64,000 bases of DNA from a virus. Numbering within the stretch: position 1 is the stretch's first letter; each line of letters starts with the position of its first letter. The notes beneath the pieces were generated by a model that worked only from the letters and a program-made list of their open reading frames with translations, searched no databases and was not told where the DNA came from. The position numbers and the translations under genes are program-made. The stretch spans positions 7,164 through 71,163 of IMG/VR virus record IMGVR_UViG_3300047379_000570; one strand, written 5' to 3'. Shown here piece by piece: positions 28,967 through 38,016 of the stretch.

Positions 28967-29892
28967 TATGTTTTGTCCTCAATATCTTTGATAATTTTTT
29001 TAATAATATCATTTAGTTCTTTTTCACTAAAATCCATTGCTAAATCATTTTTTCTATTTGCTAAATCTGCGTCAACACCTTGTTCGCATAGTCTAATTGG
29101 AAAATATTCAATCTGTAAGTTTTCTTTTTGTAGGATTTGAAAATGGTCTTTATATGAAACATTTTCAGCAAATGTACTTCCTAGCACCACTGTTCCTGGC
29201 TTATTAAATGCTTTAGCCATATGTTGTCCAACACTATCACATCCTACAAAGTAATCACAACTTTCAATAATAGCTGCCCATTGTCGAAGACTTGTTTGTA
29301 CTTTAAATGTTGTATCATCTACTTCGTTATTTTCACCCATGAAAATTACATTATATTTTTCTTGTAACTTAGTTATAATAGTTTTATAGTCTTTTACACT
29401 AAATGATCGACTCATTGGATCAACCATTTCATTTACTTGCGGAGCCGGTGTGGCTGATCTTCCGAATGGTTGTATTACAATTGTTTTTTCTTTATTTTGC
29501 ATTTTTTGTGAATTTACAATTGCGTCAAGTGCATTTAGTTCTTCTGTTTTATTAAGAACAATTTTAATATTTTCTAAATCGCTATGATCATCAGTTTCAT
29601 TAATAATGTGATCAAACGCTTCTGTTAAATGTCTTGTTTGATTATAGTAACCGTGATCTTGATAAGGTTCAGGCTGTATTAAAATATTAGGCTGAATAAT
29701 ATCTTTAAATACGCCTTTATGTTCGGGGGTATAAGTTATGTCTTGTAGTTCAGGAATACCTACAAAGAAATCTAATCCGCTTCCGGATAGTATATAAAAA
29801 TTAGGTCCGTGCTTTTTATAGTATTTTAGTAGTGCTGGAATAGAGCATAGTACGCGACCGGCGCCGCCATTAATTCCAAAGACTTTTTTCAT
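28966..29892 (-). CDS. Glycosyltransferase, GT9 (LPS heptosyltransferase-like) family
   Basis: N-terminal GGAGRVLCSIPAL, IVIQPFG, and LRQWAAIIESCDYFVGCDSVGQHMAKAFNKP, matching the WaaC/WaaF-type DSG..H.A.A...P motif. Confidence 0.75.
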   Translation of the reverse strand: MKKVFGINGGAGRVLCSIPALLKYYKKHGPNFYILSGSGLDFFVGIPELQDITYTPEHKGVFKDIIQPNILIQPEPYQDHGYYNQTRHLTEAFDHIINETDDHSDLENIKIVLNKTEELNALDAIVNSQKMQNKEKTIVIQPFGRSATPAPQVNEMVDPMSRSFSVKDYKTIITKLQEKYNVIFMGENNEVDDTTFKVQTSLRQWAAIIESCDYFVGCDSVGQHMAKAFNKPGTVVLGSTFAENVSYKDHFQILQKENLQIEYFPIRLCEQGVDADLANRKNDLAMDFSEKELNDIIKKIIKDIEDKT

Positions 29893-29898
29893 GAAAAT

Positions 29899-29957
29899 GC
29901 TTCCTATCTAACAGTCAATTACATAATTAATTATATGTTGTCTGTTAGCTAGGAAGC
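29899..29957 (-). promoter_or_regulatory. SD-sequestering hairpin with a late-promoter-like motif in its loop
   Basis: Inverted repeat GCTTCCTA-t-CTAACAG / CTGTTAG-c-TAGGAAGC; TATAATTA at 29935-29928. Confidence 0.6.
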
Positions 29958-29971
29958 TAAATGTGGCTAAT

Positions 29972-30670
29972 TTATACGCCTAACACTGTTTTCATATGAG
30001 CAACCCAAGCTGTCTGGTCTGCTTCAACAGTTTCCATATGTGCAAGGTAAGATGCTTTGTCTTCGTCTGGTAAAACAATTTCAGATAATGTATGTTCTTG
30101 AGGTGTTCCATCTAAAAATGTAATTGGTTCAGGAAACTCAACAATATCTGGATCATCATTTACGTCTGCTTTTACACCAGCAATTAAACGCTTTGTGTCA
30201 GCTAATACTTCTTCCCAATGCGCTAAATTATCAGTAGTAATTTCTGGAACTTCTGGTAGTTCTCTTATCGGAACATACACTGGCTTTGGAAAAGTTTTTG
30301 CTAACTTTTTACGTGCTTCTAAAGAAGTGTCAACTGCACCTTCTAGATTTGCATCTGCGTCTGAATCGTCTGGGGTTGTGTCCATTGCATCCTGTTCAGC
30401 TTTAATTTTATCTCTAAGGGCCTGTTCAGCTGCAATCTTAGCAGCATCAGAATCTACTCGTGCTGCCGATATAAGTGGACCAATGTCATTGTTATAATCG
30501 TCGCTGCCTGGCTCATAAAATTTAGAATTATGCCAATAGTTTCCTTCAACGCATAGTGCATCATCTGATTCTAACCATGTGTTGTTGTCGTTATTAACTA
30601 ACAAATTGTCTGATTCAGTAGCAACCACTATGTCAATGTCGAAGTTATTCTTTTTTGTTCTAAAATACAT
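29972..30670 (-). CDS. Hypothetical acidic protein, possible fibre-tip chaperone
   Basis: 232-aa ORF with SD AAGGAG, directly after the Gly/Cys-rich gene. Confidence 0.7.
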   Translation of the reverse strand: MYFRTKKNNFDIDIVVATESDNLLVNNDNNTWLESDDALCVEGNYWHNSKFYEPGSDDYNNDIGPLISAARVDSDAAKIAAEQALRDKIKAEQDAMDTTPDDSDADANLEGAVDTSLEARKKLAKTFPKPVYVPIRELPEVPEITTDNLAHWEEVLADTKRLIAGVKADVNDDPDIVEFPEPITFLDGTPQEHTLSEIVLPDEDKASYLAHMETVEADQTAWVAHMKTVLGV

Positions 30671-30682
30671 TAATATTACTCC

Positions 30683-32191
30683 TTAGTATACTACTACTAC
30701 AGCACCCGAGCCGCCGGTTGGGTAAAGTCTATTACCACCGCCACCTGGGCCTGCTGCTTCATTTGATGTTGCGCCAAAGCCAAATTTAAAGTCTGCTACA
30801 TTAGTTCCGTCTCTAGATTTTAGTGTTGACAATGGAATAATACTATTACTTGATGGCTTTCTAGATTCTGCATCTTTAGAATAACCTAGTGTATAGTAAA
30901 GTGATCCACCGGAACTACCGTATAAGTTTTCCATAGCAGCACACGATCCACATGCACTATTACCGTAAATAAAACTAAAGTGATCTTGGCCAAAACCTAC
31001 ATAACATACTACTGTGTCGGAAGAGCCGCCTCCACCGCCACCACTTGCTACTTCAGGTGTTAGTAATGTTGCATCACTTACGCCTTGATATCCGTCAGCA
31101 TGTGAACTACCTGCTTCAGCGCCAATTCCTACTGGACAGTTTGTTACTTGGAATGTGTCATCACTTGCTGGATACATTTGTCCACCAGCGCCTTGTCCGC
31201 CTGATTTAGCAAAGTTAGTTACACCAGCAGCACCGCCACCGCCGCCACCGCCGCCGTTGACGCACAAATACACACCGTTACACATTCTTTGGCAAATACA
31301 CTGTGACCACGGCATGTTACTATAACATCTTCCGCCAAATACGTTATGATATGTTACCAAACATAGGCAGTTAAAATTAGTCTCACCGCCCCAGTAGAAA
31401 CAACAACCACAAGTATTACCGTTTACCCCTTGTGATGGTTTTAAATAAGCAATTGTACATGTACAGTGATATCTTCTTCCGCCAAATGTGTAATCATAGC
31501 CGCCTGCTGTCCAGTTTGTACATGTACAGCCTTCTCCTGGTCCGCTGCTCGCGCCGCCGGTACCTGTTGCTGTAAGTGTTCCGTCTACAACACTGTCTTC
31601 TCTAAAGAATGGAATAAACACGCCAGCGCCGCCAGTTCTATTAACATCGCCGCCTGCTGCTGTTCCGCCTGCGTTAAAGTAACCATTAATACAATTTCTA
31701 TAACCACATACTGGTAAGTCAAATCCTAAACTAACTAAGTTATCATTTGAATTATCTCTTGCTGTACTGTTTCCTGCACAGTTCCACGATATTGATGAAT
31801 CTGTAGCATTGTTTGCTGTTACTGTCTGGCCGCCGATTGATACACTACTTGCTGACAACCCGCCTACAGAGCCAACGTTAATTGTCATAGATGAGCCAGG
31901 TGCTACACCATCAAATGTTTTTTCCGAGTAGCCGCCGCCGGCGCCTACAAGGTGTCCTATAAAGTTTAAGCAGTATTCTGTTCCTGGAGTATCAACACCA
32001 GAGCAACATGTTGAGCTACTTTCAAAACAAAATTCAGTACTTCTATAGTTACTTCCGGCACCAATAACAAAAACTTTAGCTTTACTTACTCCTGCAGGGA
32101 CCGACCACGTTGCTGTGCCGGGTGTTGAAAACACTTCTGCTCTCGAATAGCTTTGCTCTACGCTACTACTTCCTGATATAAATCTTCCCAT
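30683..32191 (-). CDS. Glycine- and cysteine-rich fibre-tip/adhesin-like protein
   Basis: FSTPGTATWSVPAGVS...VIGAG and terminal GGSGAVVVVY (glycine-rich domain), poly-Gly runs, about 25 Cys. Confidence 0.7.
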   Translation of the reverse strand: MGRFISGSSSVEQSYSRAEVFSTPGTATWSVPAGVSKAKVFVIGAGSNYRSTEFCFESSSTCCSGVDTPGTEYCLNFIGHLVGAGGGYSEKTFDGVAPGSSMTINVGSVGGLSASSVSIGGQTVTANNATDSSISWNCAGNSTARDNSNDNLVSLGFDLPVCGYRNCINGYFNAGGTAAGGDVNRTGGAGVFIPFFREDSVVDGTLTATGTGGASSGPGEGCTCTNWTAGGYDYTFGGRRYHCTCTIAYLKPSQGVNGNTCGCCFYWGGETNFNCLCLVTYHNVFGGRCYSNMPWSQCICQRMCNGVYLCVNGGGGGGGGAAGVTNFAKSGGQGAGGQMYPASDDTFQVTNCPVGIGAEAGSSHADGYQGVSDATLLTPEVASGGGGGGSSDTVVCYVGFGQDHFSFIYGNSACGSCAAMENLYGSSGGSLYYTLGYSKDAESRKPSSNSIIPLSTLKSRDGTNVADFKFGFGATSNEAAGPGGGGNRLYPTGGSGAVVVVY

Positions 32192-32201
32192 AATAAATTC
32201 C

Positions 32202-32519
32202 TTACGCTGTTGATGTTGTTATGCCGTATGCTATTGCGTTTACGTCAACAGCACTTGACCGTACTACAATTCGCTGATCTGCTCCAACTACAACGCCGGT
32301 TCTTTCTAGTACACCTTTTGGTGGTACACCTACATCGTATTCAATGTATTCTGCGTTAGTTGGTACATCAGCATCTGTAATTGCTATTCTAGCAGTAACA
32401 GTGCTTCCACTGCGATTAACAATATTAACTGTTGCTACTGCAAAAGTACTTGCCGGCGCGGTGTAAAGAACTGTATCTGCGTTTGCTGATAAGTTTTGTG
32501 CTCCTAATTTTCCTGACAT
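32202..32519 (-). CDS. Small beta-sandwich fibre adaptor protein
   Basis: LYTAP...NIVNRS...YDVGVPP; resembles 42856..43185 and 49819..50346. Confidence 0.7.
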   Translation of the reverse strand: MSGKLGAQNLSANADTVLYTAPASTFAVATVNIVNRSGSTVTARIAITDADVPTNAEYIEYDVGVPPKGVLERTGVVVGADQRIVVRSSAVDVNAIAYGITTSTA

Positions 32520-32532
32520 CTTTTAATCTCCA

Positions 32533-35500
32533 TTATCTCTGTAAAAAGTAGTTTAGTGCTAACGGACTACCAGAAATACCACCGGTAAAATTCGCTCTGC
32601 TTGTTATATTTATCGTATCATCAGTTACGTGACTAATACTATTTAGTTGTATTTTCACATTACCTGCTTGTATACTGTTAACATTTAGGTTGCTTCCACC
32701 GCCACCAATTTGTGACTGGATGTAAGTTCTAATTGCTTTTTGTGTTGGTACAATGCTGTCGCTATTTGCAGCAAATGTACCGTCTGTGCTAAATTCGTTA
32801 ATAGCAGTATTTGAGCTTCCTAATGTAATAACACCAAGTTGCAATTCTTGTAGACCTGCTAAGTTAAACGCATCAGCATTAAGTGTTGATTTACCTGTTG
32901 ACTGTTCAACACTAAACAGTTCGCCTACTCTAAAGTTACCATCTTGGTCAGTTGATGTATAGAATACTCTACCACCACCTTCTTCTTTAGTTTCTTTAGT
33001 AGCATCCGGTGCTGTACTTGGTGTGCCAGGATAGTTAGTATCAGCAAAGTTACCTGTACCAATATCTAAGAAATCGTGTCCTGTCAAACGCACCTGTGAA
33101 TAACGTATCCTTACTTCTGCTGCAACACCATGTTCTGGTGCATCCGGAATTGTAACTTCTGGTGACAACTGAAGTGTAGCAGTATAAGGTCCTGAACCTA
33201 GTAAGTTTGTTACATTAACAAGTTTATAGTAATTACTGTCTCCTGCAAACGTTACGTTAGCGCCTTCTTGTGGTATATCTGTTAAGCCTGCTAAGTTTAC
33301 AAATTTACCATTTTGATAGATATCTCCATAACCGTCGCCGGATACAAATCCATCTGCACTTTCCCAGTCAACGCCTCTGTTTTGGAAGCTAGGTTGTGCA
33401 AGTGCGCCATCGCCTACTCTAACAGTCCATGTTGCGTCTACTGTATTACTTGGATCAGTTAGTGTTACTGTTGGTGGTGTTGCATATCCTGAACCTGGTT
33501 CAATAACTCTAATATTAGAAATTGCTCCACTTGCAGACGCTGCTCTTAGTATAGCTTGTGTAAAGTTTCCACTCGAAGCGCCTACTGCATTTGCATCTCC
33601 ACAACCGTATGCCCAAGTACCAGTACCGTATCCAACTGCTTGCCATAAGTTTTGTGATGGCATAACTTGTGCTGTCCAAACAATTCCGTCTGGTGATGTA
33701 GCTGCTTTTGTAGTTCCACCTGAGTCTTTTGCAACACTTAAGAATGTTCCTTGACCGTACTTAACTGTACTCCAGTCTGCACTTGAACTCATAGTTGTTG
33801 CTGTCCAGTTAACACCGTCAAAACTAATAGCTGCTTCGTCTGTGCCAATTGCTGTTGCAACAAAACGTCCATTACCGTATGCAATTGCACTATATGTTCC
33901 TGCACCTAATGTTGGAAGTGCTCCTGCACTCCACGATGTACCATCGTTTGTCGAGTAAGCAGTTACACCATTTGCTGCTATTGCTAACCATGTATTTGCT
34001 GCTGAACTATACACTACATCTAAAAATGCATCGCTGCCAGCAACTGAACCGCCTACAGTATTGGTTGTACCGTTATATACGCCTGTTACTCTTGTAGTAT
34101 TATCGATATAAACAAGTACATCTTTAGCTATTTCTAATGCATCTGCTGTATTTCCGCCAAGTCCATAACCTGACCAATTTGCTCCGTCATCTGTTGAATA
34201 TGCAAAAACTGACCCTGAACTAGTAGCAGCAAAGTGGGCAGTTCCGCCTATTTTGCCGCCTTTAATCTTACCTAGGTTATTAGTGCTGATTGCTCCTCCT
34301 GCTGACCATGCTATTCCGTCTGTTGATGTATCAACAACTGCACTTCCAGCAGTTACCGTTGCAAAAACATTTCCGTTATATGCAATGTCATCAACTGCTC
34401 TTGAACTACTATAGTTTGTATTTCCTGTAATAGTTTGGGTTGGCGCAGCTACAACAACTCTAGGTTCAACACTGTATGTTGATACTGCGTTTGGAGCAAC
34501 AATAGTTTCTCCAGGAATCAAATGATCCCATCCAGCTGTACCAGTGCTTGGTTTTAATATTGTAGCAACTTTTGTTCCTGAATTGTATGTGTCAACATAT
34601 CCATATTGTCCAGCGCCGTTACCTGTCTTAATGAATATCATCATTCCAACATATGCTGAAGATGGTGCAGTTTCTGAACCAGCTAATGTAATGCTTGTTG
34701 TAGTACCTGCCTGTGCAGTGTTAGATGAAGCTCTGTAATCTTCGCCTTCTGTTAATAATCTAACTTCAAAAATTCCGTTATCTCTAATTTCATCACCTAC
34801 TAATACTTGATCATAACCAATACCGCTAAACGTGTATGTATTATTTTCTGTAGTATAATTAGTACCTGCGTTGTTATATTCTAATGCCAATATTTCAGTA
34901 GCATCAGTATATACTCTACCAATTTGTGCTTCGTAATATCTGTTGTTTACTGTACCAGTTACAGCAGATTCTGTATCATCTACACCTTCTGCTACTGATC
35001 CAAATGCACCATATGAGTTGTTACCGTTAGTAGCACGAATCTTACCACCGTTTTCTGCAAGATAGCCAATATGGTTGTAGTATGTAAACACACTAACAAG
35101 CTCTGATCTACCTAAGTTTGTAACCCAATATCCAATGCCATCGCTTAATACTTGTGTAAAGTCGTTAGCAACAATTGAATCATTTCCACCGTCGTGTAGT
35201 GCTCCGTCAACTTTAAGACCAATACATGCTGTTCCTAAAGAAGTTACGTTTTGGATATATGGAGATCTACTTGCAATCCAAACTCTAGTATCTGCTGGAC
35301 CCCATCCTGCGTCTAAACTTACATATGCTCCTGCACTTGGACGCTTAGTACCGTATGCATTATCACTGCCCAATGTGCCTGTTAAGCCTGTTACTGTACA
35401 GTTTCTAATACCTGATGCGTCTCTTACATAGAACATATCTTCTTCTACTGATCCAAGTACAGCGTTTACATAGTATCTACCAGCTAATAATGCTTTATAG

Positions 35501-37980
35501 TTACCAGTATAAATCAAATCGTATTTTACTGCATCTAAATATCTGTTTACATCTCTTGAACACTTAGCAATATCGTATGTATATGAAGGATATGTTGCTG
35601 CAATATATGCGTGGACTTCTGCTACTAAGAATGCTCTGTTTGCTTCAATACATTCTACAGCAAAAGTATAATCAGTATGAGTTTGCGGAGTGTTTGTACC
35701 AGCAATAACTGGAACAGTTGAATCTCCTGTTGCACCATTGATACCGTAATCAATGTAGTCATAAATTTGCTGCATTATGTTTGCTGCCGCTGCGCCTGCT
35801 ACTGCTGCGCCTGAAGGTCTTGTTGTTACTTGTGTCTCTGCATTTCCAGATGTTTTTGTAACTGAACCATTTGTTGCAATATCGCTCATAATAGCTTGTA
35901 GTCTTGATATTGCATCTAAACTATATGATACATCTCCCGAAGGTGTAATTGCTCCCATTGGTGCAATTCTAGTTGAACGTAGTTCGTCACCTACAACTGC
36001 ACATCTTTCAGGAACAATCATTGGAAGTACTTCTTTAAACTCACCTGTTTTAACAAACAATGAAGTATTAGCTTTAACTTCTACAGGAATACCTGTAGGC
36101 ACTGTTGCATCAAGTGCTGCTGTAATTATATTAATTAACCCAGTTAGTGTAACTTGATCGTTAGGTAATTCTACCAATGTTGCGTCAATTTGTTGTGTAA
36201 TTGGACTACCAACACTGTTTAGTGTTTGATAATTTGCTGCTGGTGCTGCATTACTAATAACAGCGTCAACTACTTCTTCCATGTAGTCTAACGTTGCTGA
36301 TAATTGTTGGTATTCATCTTGTATACTAGCAATTAATGCACCACTATCAAAATAAGTTAGTGTAGCAGCTCTAGTTCTTGCATTGCCACCGTGTCCTAAG
36401 TCCCAAATAAGTGCATCAACAATTTGACCAATGTCTCTTGCACATTTTACTTTATCATCTTGAGTAAATCCATCCCAAATACTTCCGCCAGCAGCATTAG
36501 CAATTTGCCAATCTACCCACTCAGTTGCTTCTGCAGCAATAAAACTTCTATTAAGTTCTAGTAATTTTTGTGCACCAGTACTGTTATGTCCAATATCAAT
36601 TCTTTCTAAACCATAACGTACAGTTTTGAAAGGTTTATCTAATGTATATCCATAATCAATACTATCTGTACCATTATCAGCAACATAAAATACATTATTG
36701 ATAATACCAAAATCGGCCCATTCTAAGTTTGAATCATTAACTTTTAATACTTGACCATCTGTACCAAGTGGCAATCTTGCAGGACCTGCTCCGGAGTAAT
36801 AAACAATATCTCCGTCAGTTGTTAATACTGTAGTTTCAGCACCACCTACCATTTGGTTCCAATAAGAACCTACTAAATCTTGGTCTGGTCTGTTTTGTGT
36901 AACTGTTTCATCTGATGTGTGTTCTGCAACACAAACATAACTTGAGTTATCATATCTAACCATGTCGCCAGCATCATAGTATGTTGCATCTGCCCAGTCA
37001 CCGTTCCATTCTTGACCTTGGTTTAAGCGATTCCAATATGTAGCATTAGGTGGACGATTCCCAGTACTATCAGCTGTACACAAATATGTGTAACCGCCAA
37101 CGCGAACAACGTCTCCCGTTTTATACGCAACGGCATTGTCATAATCTCCAATAAATTTAAAGCCTGTTGAAAACACATCCCAATCTGTTTGTGCTGGAGT
37201 TGTAGGAGTTGTGCCAGTATGATTTTCTACAGCAACATACTGATAACCGCCATAGTTTACAATATCGCCTCTTTGGTAAGCAGTAGAATTGCTCCATGTA
37301 TCTTCAAATTCTAAACCTTCTACAAATTGTACCCAATGGGCTGCGTCGGTTACAAATGCTGTTGAATCTGAAGTATGTCCTTGTAGGCACAACCACAGTC
37401 CGCCACCGCGTTTAACAACATCATTTAACTTATATCGTGTATCAGTTGCCCAATTATTTTTATAATCAAAACCTGTATTTAAACTATCCCAATCATTAAC
37501 GTTTGCTTCTAAGCCTAAGGCTAAAGTAGCTGCACTAGTATGACCAGTAACACAACGATAAAGTCCAGCGCCGTACTTAACTAAATCTCCAACTTTGTAG
37601 TAAGTATCAATAGCCCAACTTGATTTCCAATCAAAGGATGGCTGAGCGAATGTATCCCATTTAGATTGGTCATTTTCAAGTAGTGCTTGCGACATATGTC
37701 CAGTAGTACAAATGTATACTGTTGAACCATATTTTACAAGATCATTTAATTCATATTGTGTACTAGCTTGCCAGTCACTTCTCCATTTTTGACCATCTGT
37801 CATTAGTTCCCATTTGTTAGTTCCTAAATCTAGATTAAAGTCCGACAATGAAGTATGTCCGGTTACACACAAGTATGTTTTACCGTTTACTAATACTACG
37901 TCATCAACGTAATAGGTTGTAGAAGTTACCCAGTTGTTTTTCCAAACAAATCTAATTCTACCTAATTTAAACTCAGCCAT
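32533..37980 (-). CDS. Large tail fibre/spike protein (CBM5/12-like repeats, beta-helix, Asp-box propeller)
   Basis: Repeats W....Y...DVV..G...Y.C...H; S-x-D-x-G-x-x-W Asp-boxes; paralogue of 38017..42459. Confidence 0.8.
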   Translation of the reverse strand: MAEFKLGRIRFVWKNNWVTSTTYYVDDVVLVNGKTYLCVTGHTSLSDFNLDLGTNKWELMTDGQKWRSDWQASTQYELNDLVKYGSTVYICTTGHMSQALLENDQSKWDTFAQPSFDWKSSWAIDTYYKVGDLVKYGAGLYRCVTGHTSAATLALGLEANVNDWDSLNTGFDYKNNWATDTRYKLNDVVKRGGGLWLCLQGHTSDSTAFVTDAAHWVQFVEGLEFEDTWSNSTAYQRGDIVNYGGYQYVAVENHTGTTPTTPAQTDWDVFSTGFKFIGDYDNAVAYKTGDVVRVGGYTYLCTADSTGNRPPNATYWNRLNQGQEWNGDWADATYYDAGDMVRYDNSSYVCVAEHTSDETVTQNRPDQDLVGSYWNQMVGGAETTVLTTDGDIVYYSGAGPARLPLGTDGQVLKVNDSNLEWADFGIINNVFYVADNGTDSIDYGYTLDKPFKTVRYGLERIDIGHNSTGAQKLLELNRSFIAAEATEWVDWQIANAAGGSIWDGFTQDDKVKCARDIGQIVDALIWDLGHGGNARTRAATLTYFDSGALIASIQDEYQQLSATLDYMEEVVDAVISNAAPAANYQTLNSVGSPITQQIDATLVELPNDQVTLTGLINIITAALDATVPTGIPVEVKANTSLFVKTGEFKEVLPMIVPERCAVVGDELRSTRIAPMGAITPSGDVSYSLDAISRLQAIMSDIATNGSVTKTSGNAETQVTTRPSGAAVAGAAAANIMQQIYDYIDYGINGATGDSTVPVIAGTNTPQTHTDYTFAVECIEANRAFLVAEVHAYIAATYPSYTYDIAKCSRDVNRYLDAVKYDLIYTGNYKALLAGRYYVNAVLGSVEEDMFYVRDASGIRNCTVTGLTGTLGSDNAYGTKRPSAGAYVSLDAGWGPADTRVWIASRSPYIQNVTSLGTACIGLKVDGALHDGGNDSIVANDFTQVLSDGIGYWVTNLGRSELVSVFTYYNHIGYLAENGGKIRATNGNNSYGAFGSVAEGVDDTESAVTGTVNNRYYEAQIGRVYTDATEILALEYNNAGTNYTTENNTYTFSGIGYDQVLVGDEIRDNGIFEVRLLTEGEDYRASSNTAQAGTTTSITLAGSETAPSSAYVGMMIFIKTGNGAGQYGYVDTYNSGTKVATILKPSTGTAGWDHLIPGETIVAPNAVSTYSVEPRVVVAAPTQTITGNTNYSSSRAVDDIAYNGNVFATVTAGSAVVDTSTDGIAWSAGGAISTNNLGKIKGGKIGGTAHFAATSSGSVFAYSTDDGANWSGYGLGGNTADALEIAKDVLVYIDNTTRVTGVYNGTTNTVGGSVAGSDAFLDVVYSSAANTWLAIAANGVTAYSTNDGTSWSAGALPTLGAGTYSAIAYGNGRFVATAIGTDEAAISFDGVNWTATTMSSSADWSTVKYGQGTFLSVAKDSGGTTKAATSPDGIVWTAQVMPSQNLWQAVGYGTGTWAYGCGDANAVGASSGNFTQAILRAASASGAISNIRVIEPGSGYATPPTVTLTDPSNTVDATWTVRVGDGALAQPSFQNRGVDWESADGFVSGDGYGDIYQNGKFVNLAGLTDIPQEGANVTFAGDSNYYKLVNVTNLLGSGPYTATLQLSPEVTIPDAPEHGVAAEVRIRYSQVRLTGHDFLDIGTGNFADTNYPGTPSTAPDATKETKEEGGGRVFYTSTDQDGNFRVGELFSVEQSTGKSTLNADAFNLAGLQELQLGVITLGSSNTAINEFSTDGTFAANSDSIVPTQKAIRTYIQSQIGGGGSNLNVNSIQAGNVKIQLNSISHVTDDTINITSRANFTGGISGSPLALNYFLQR

Positions 37981-38016
37981 TGCTTACTCCAAAATTTTGT
38001 GTCTTCTTATACATAT

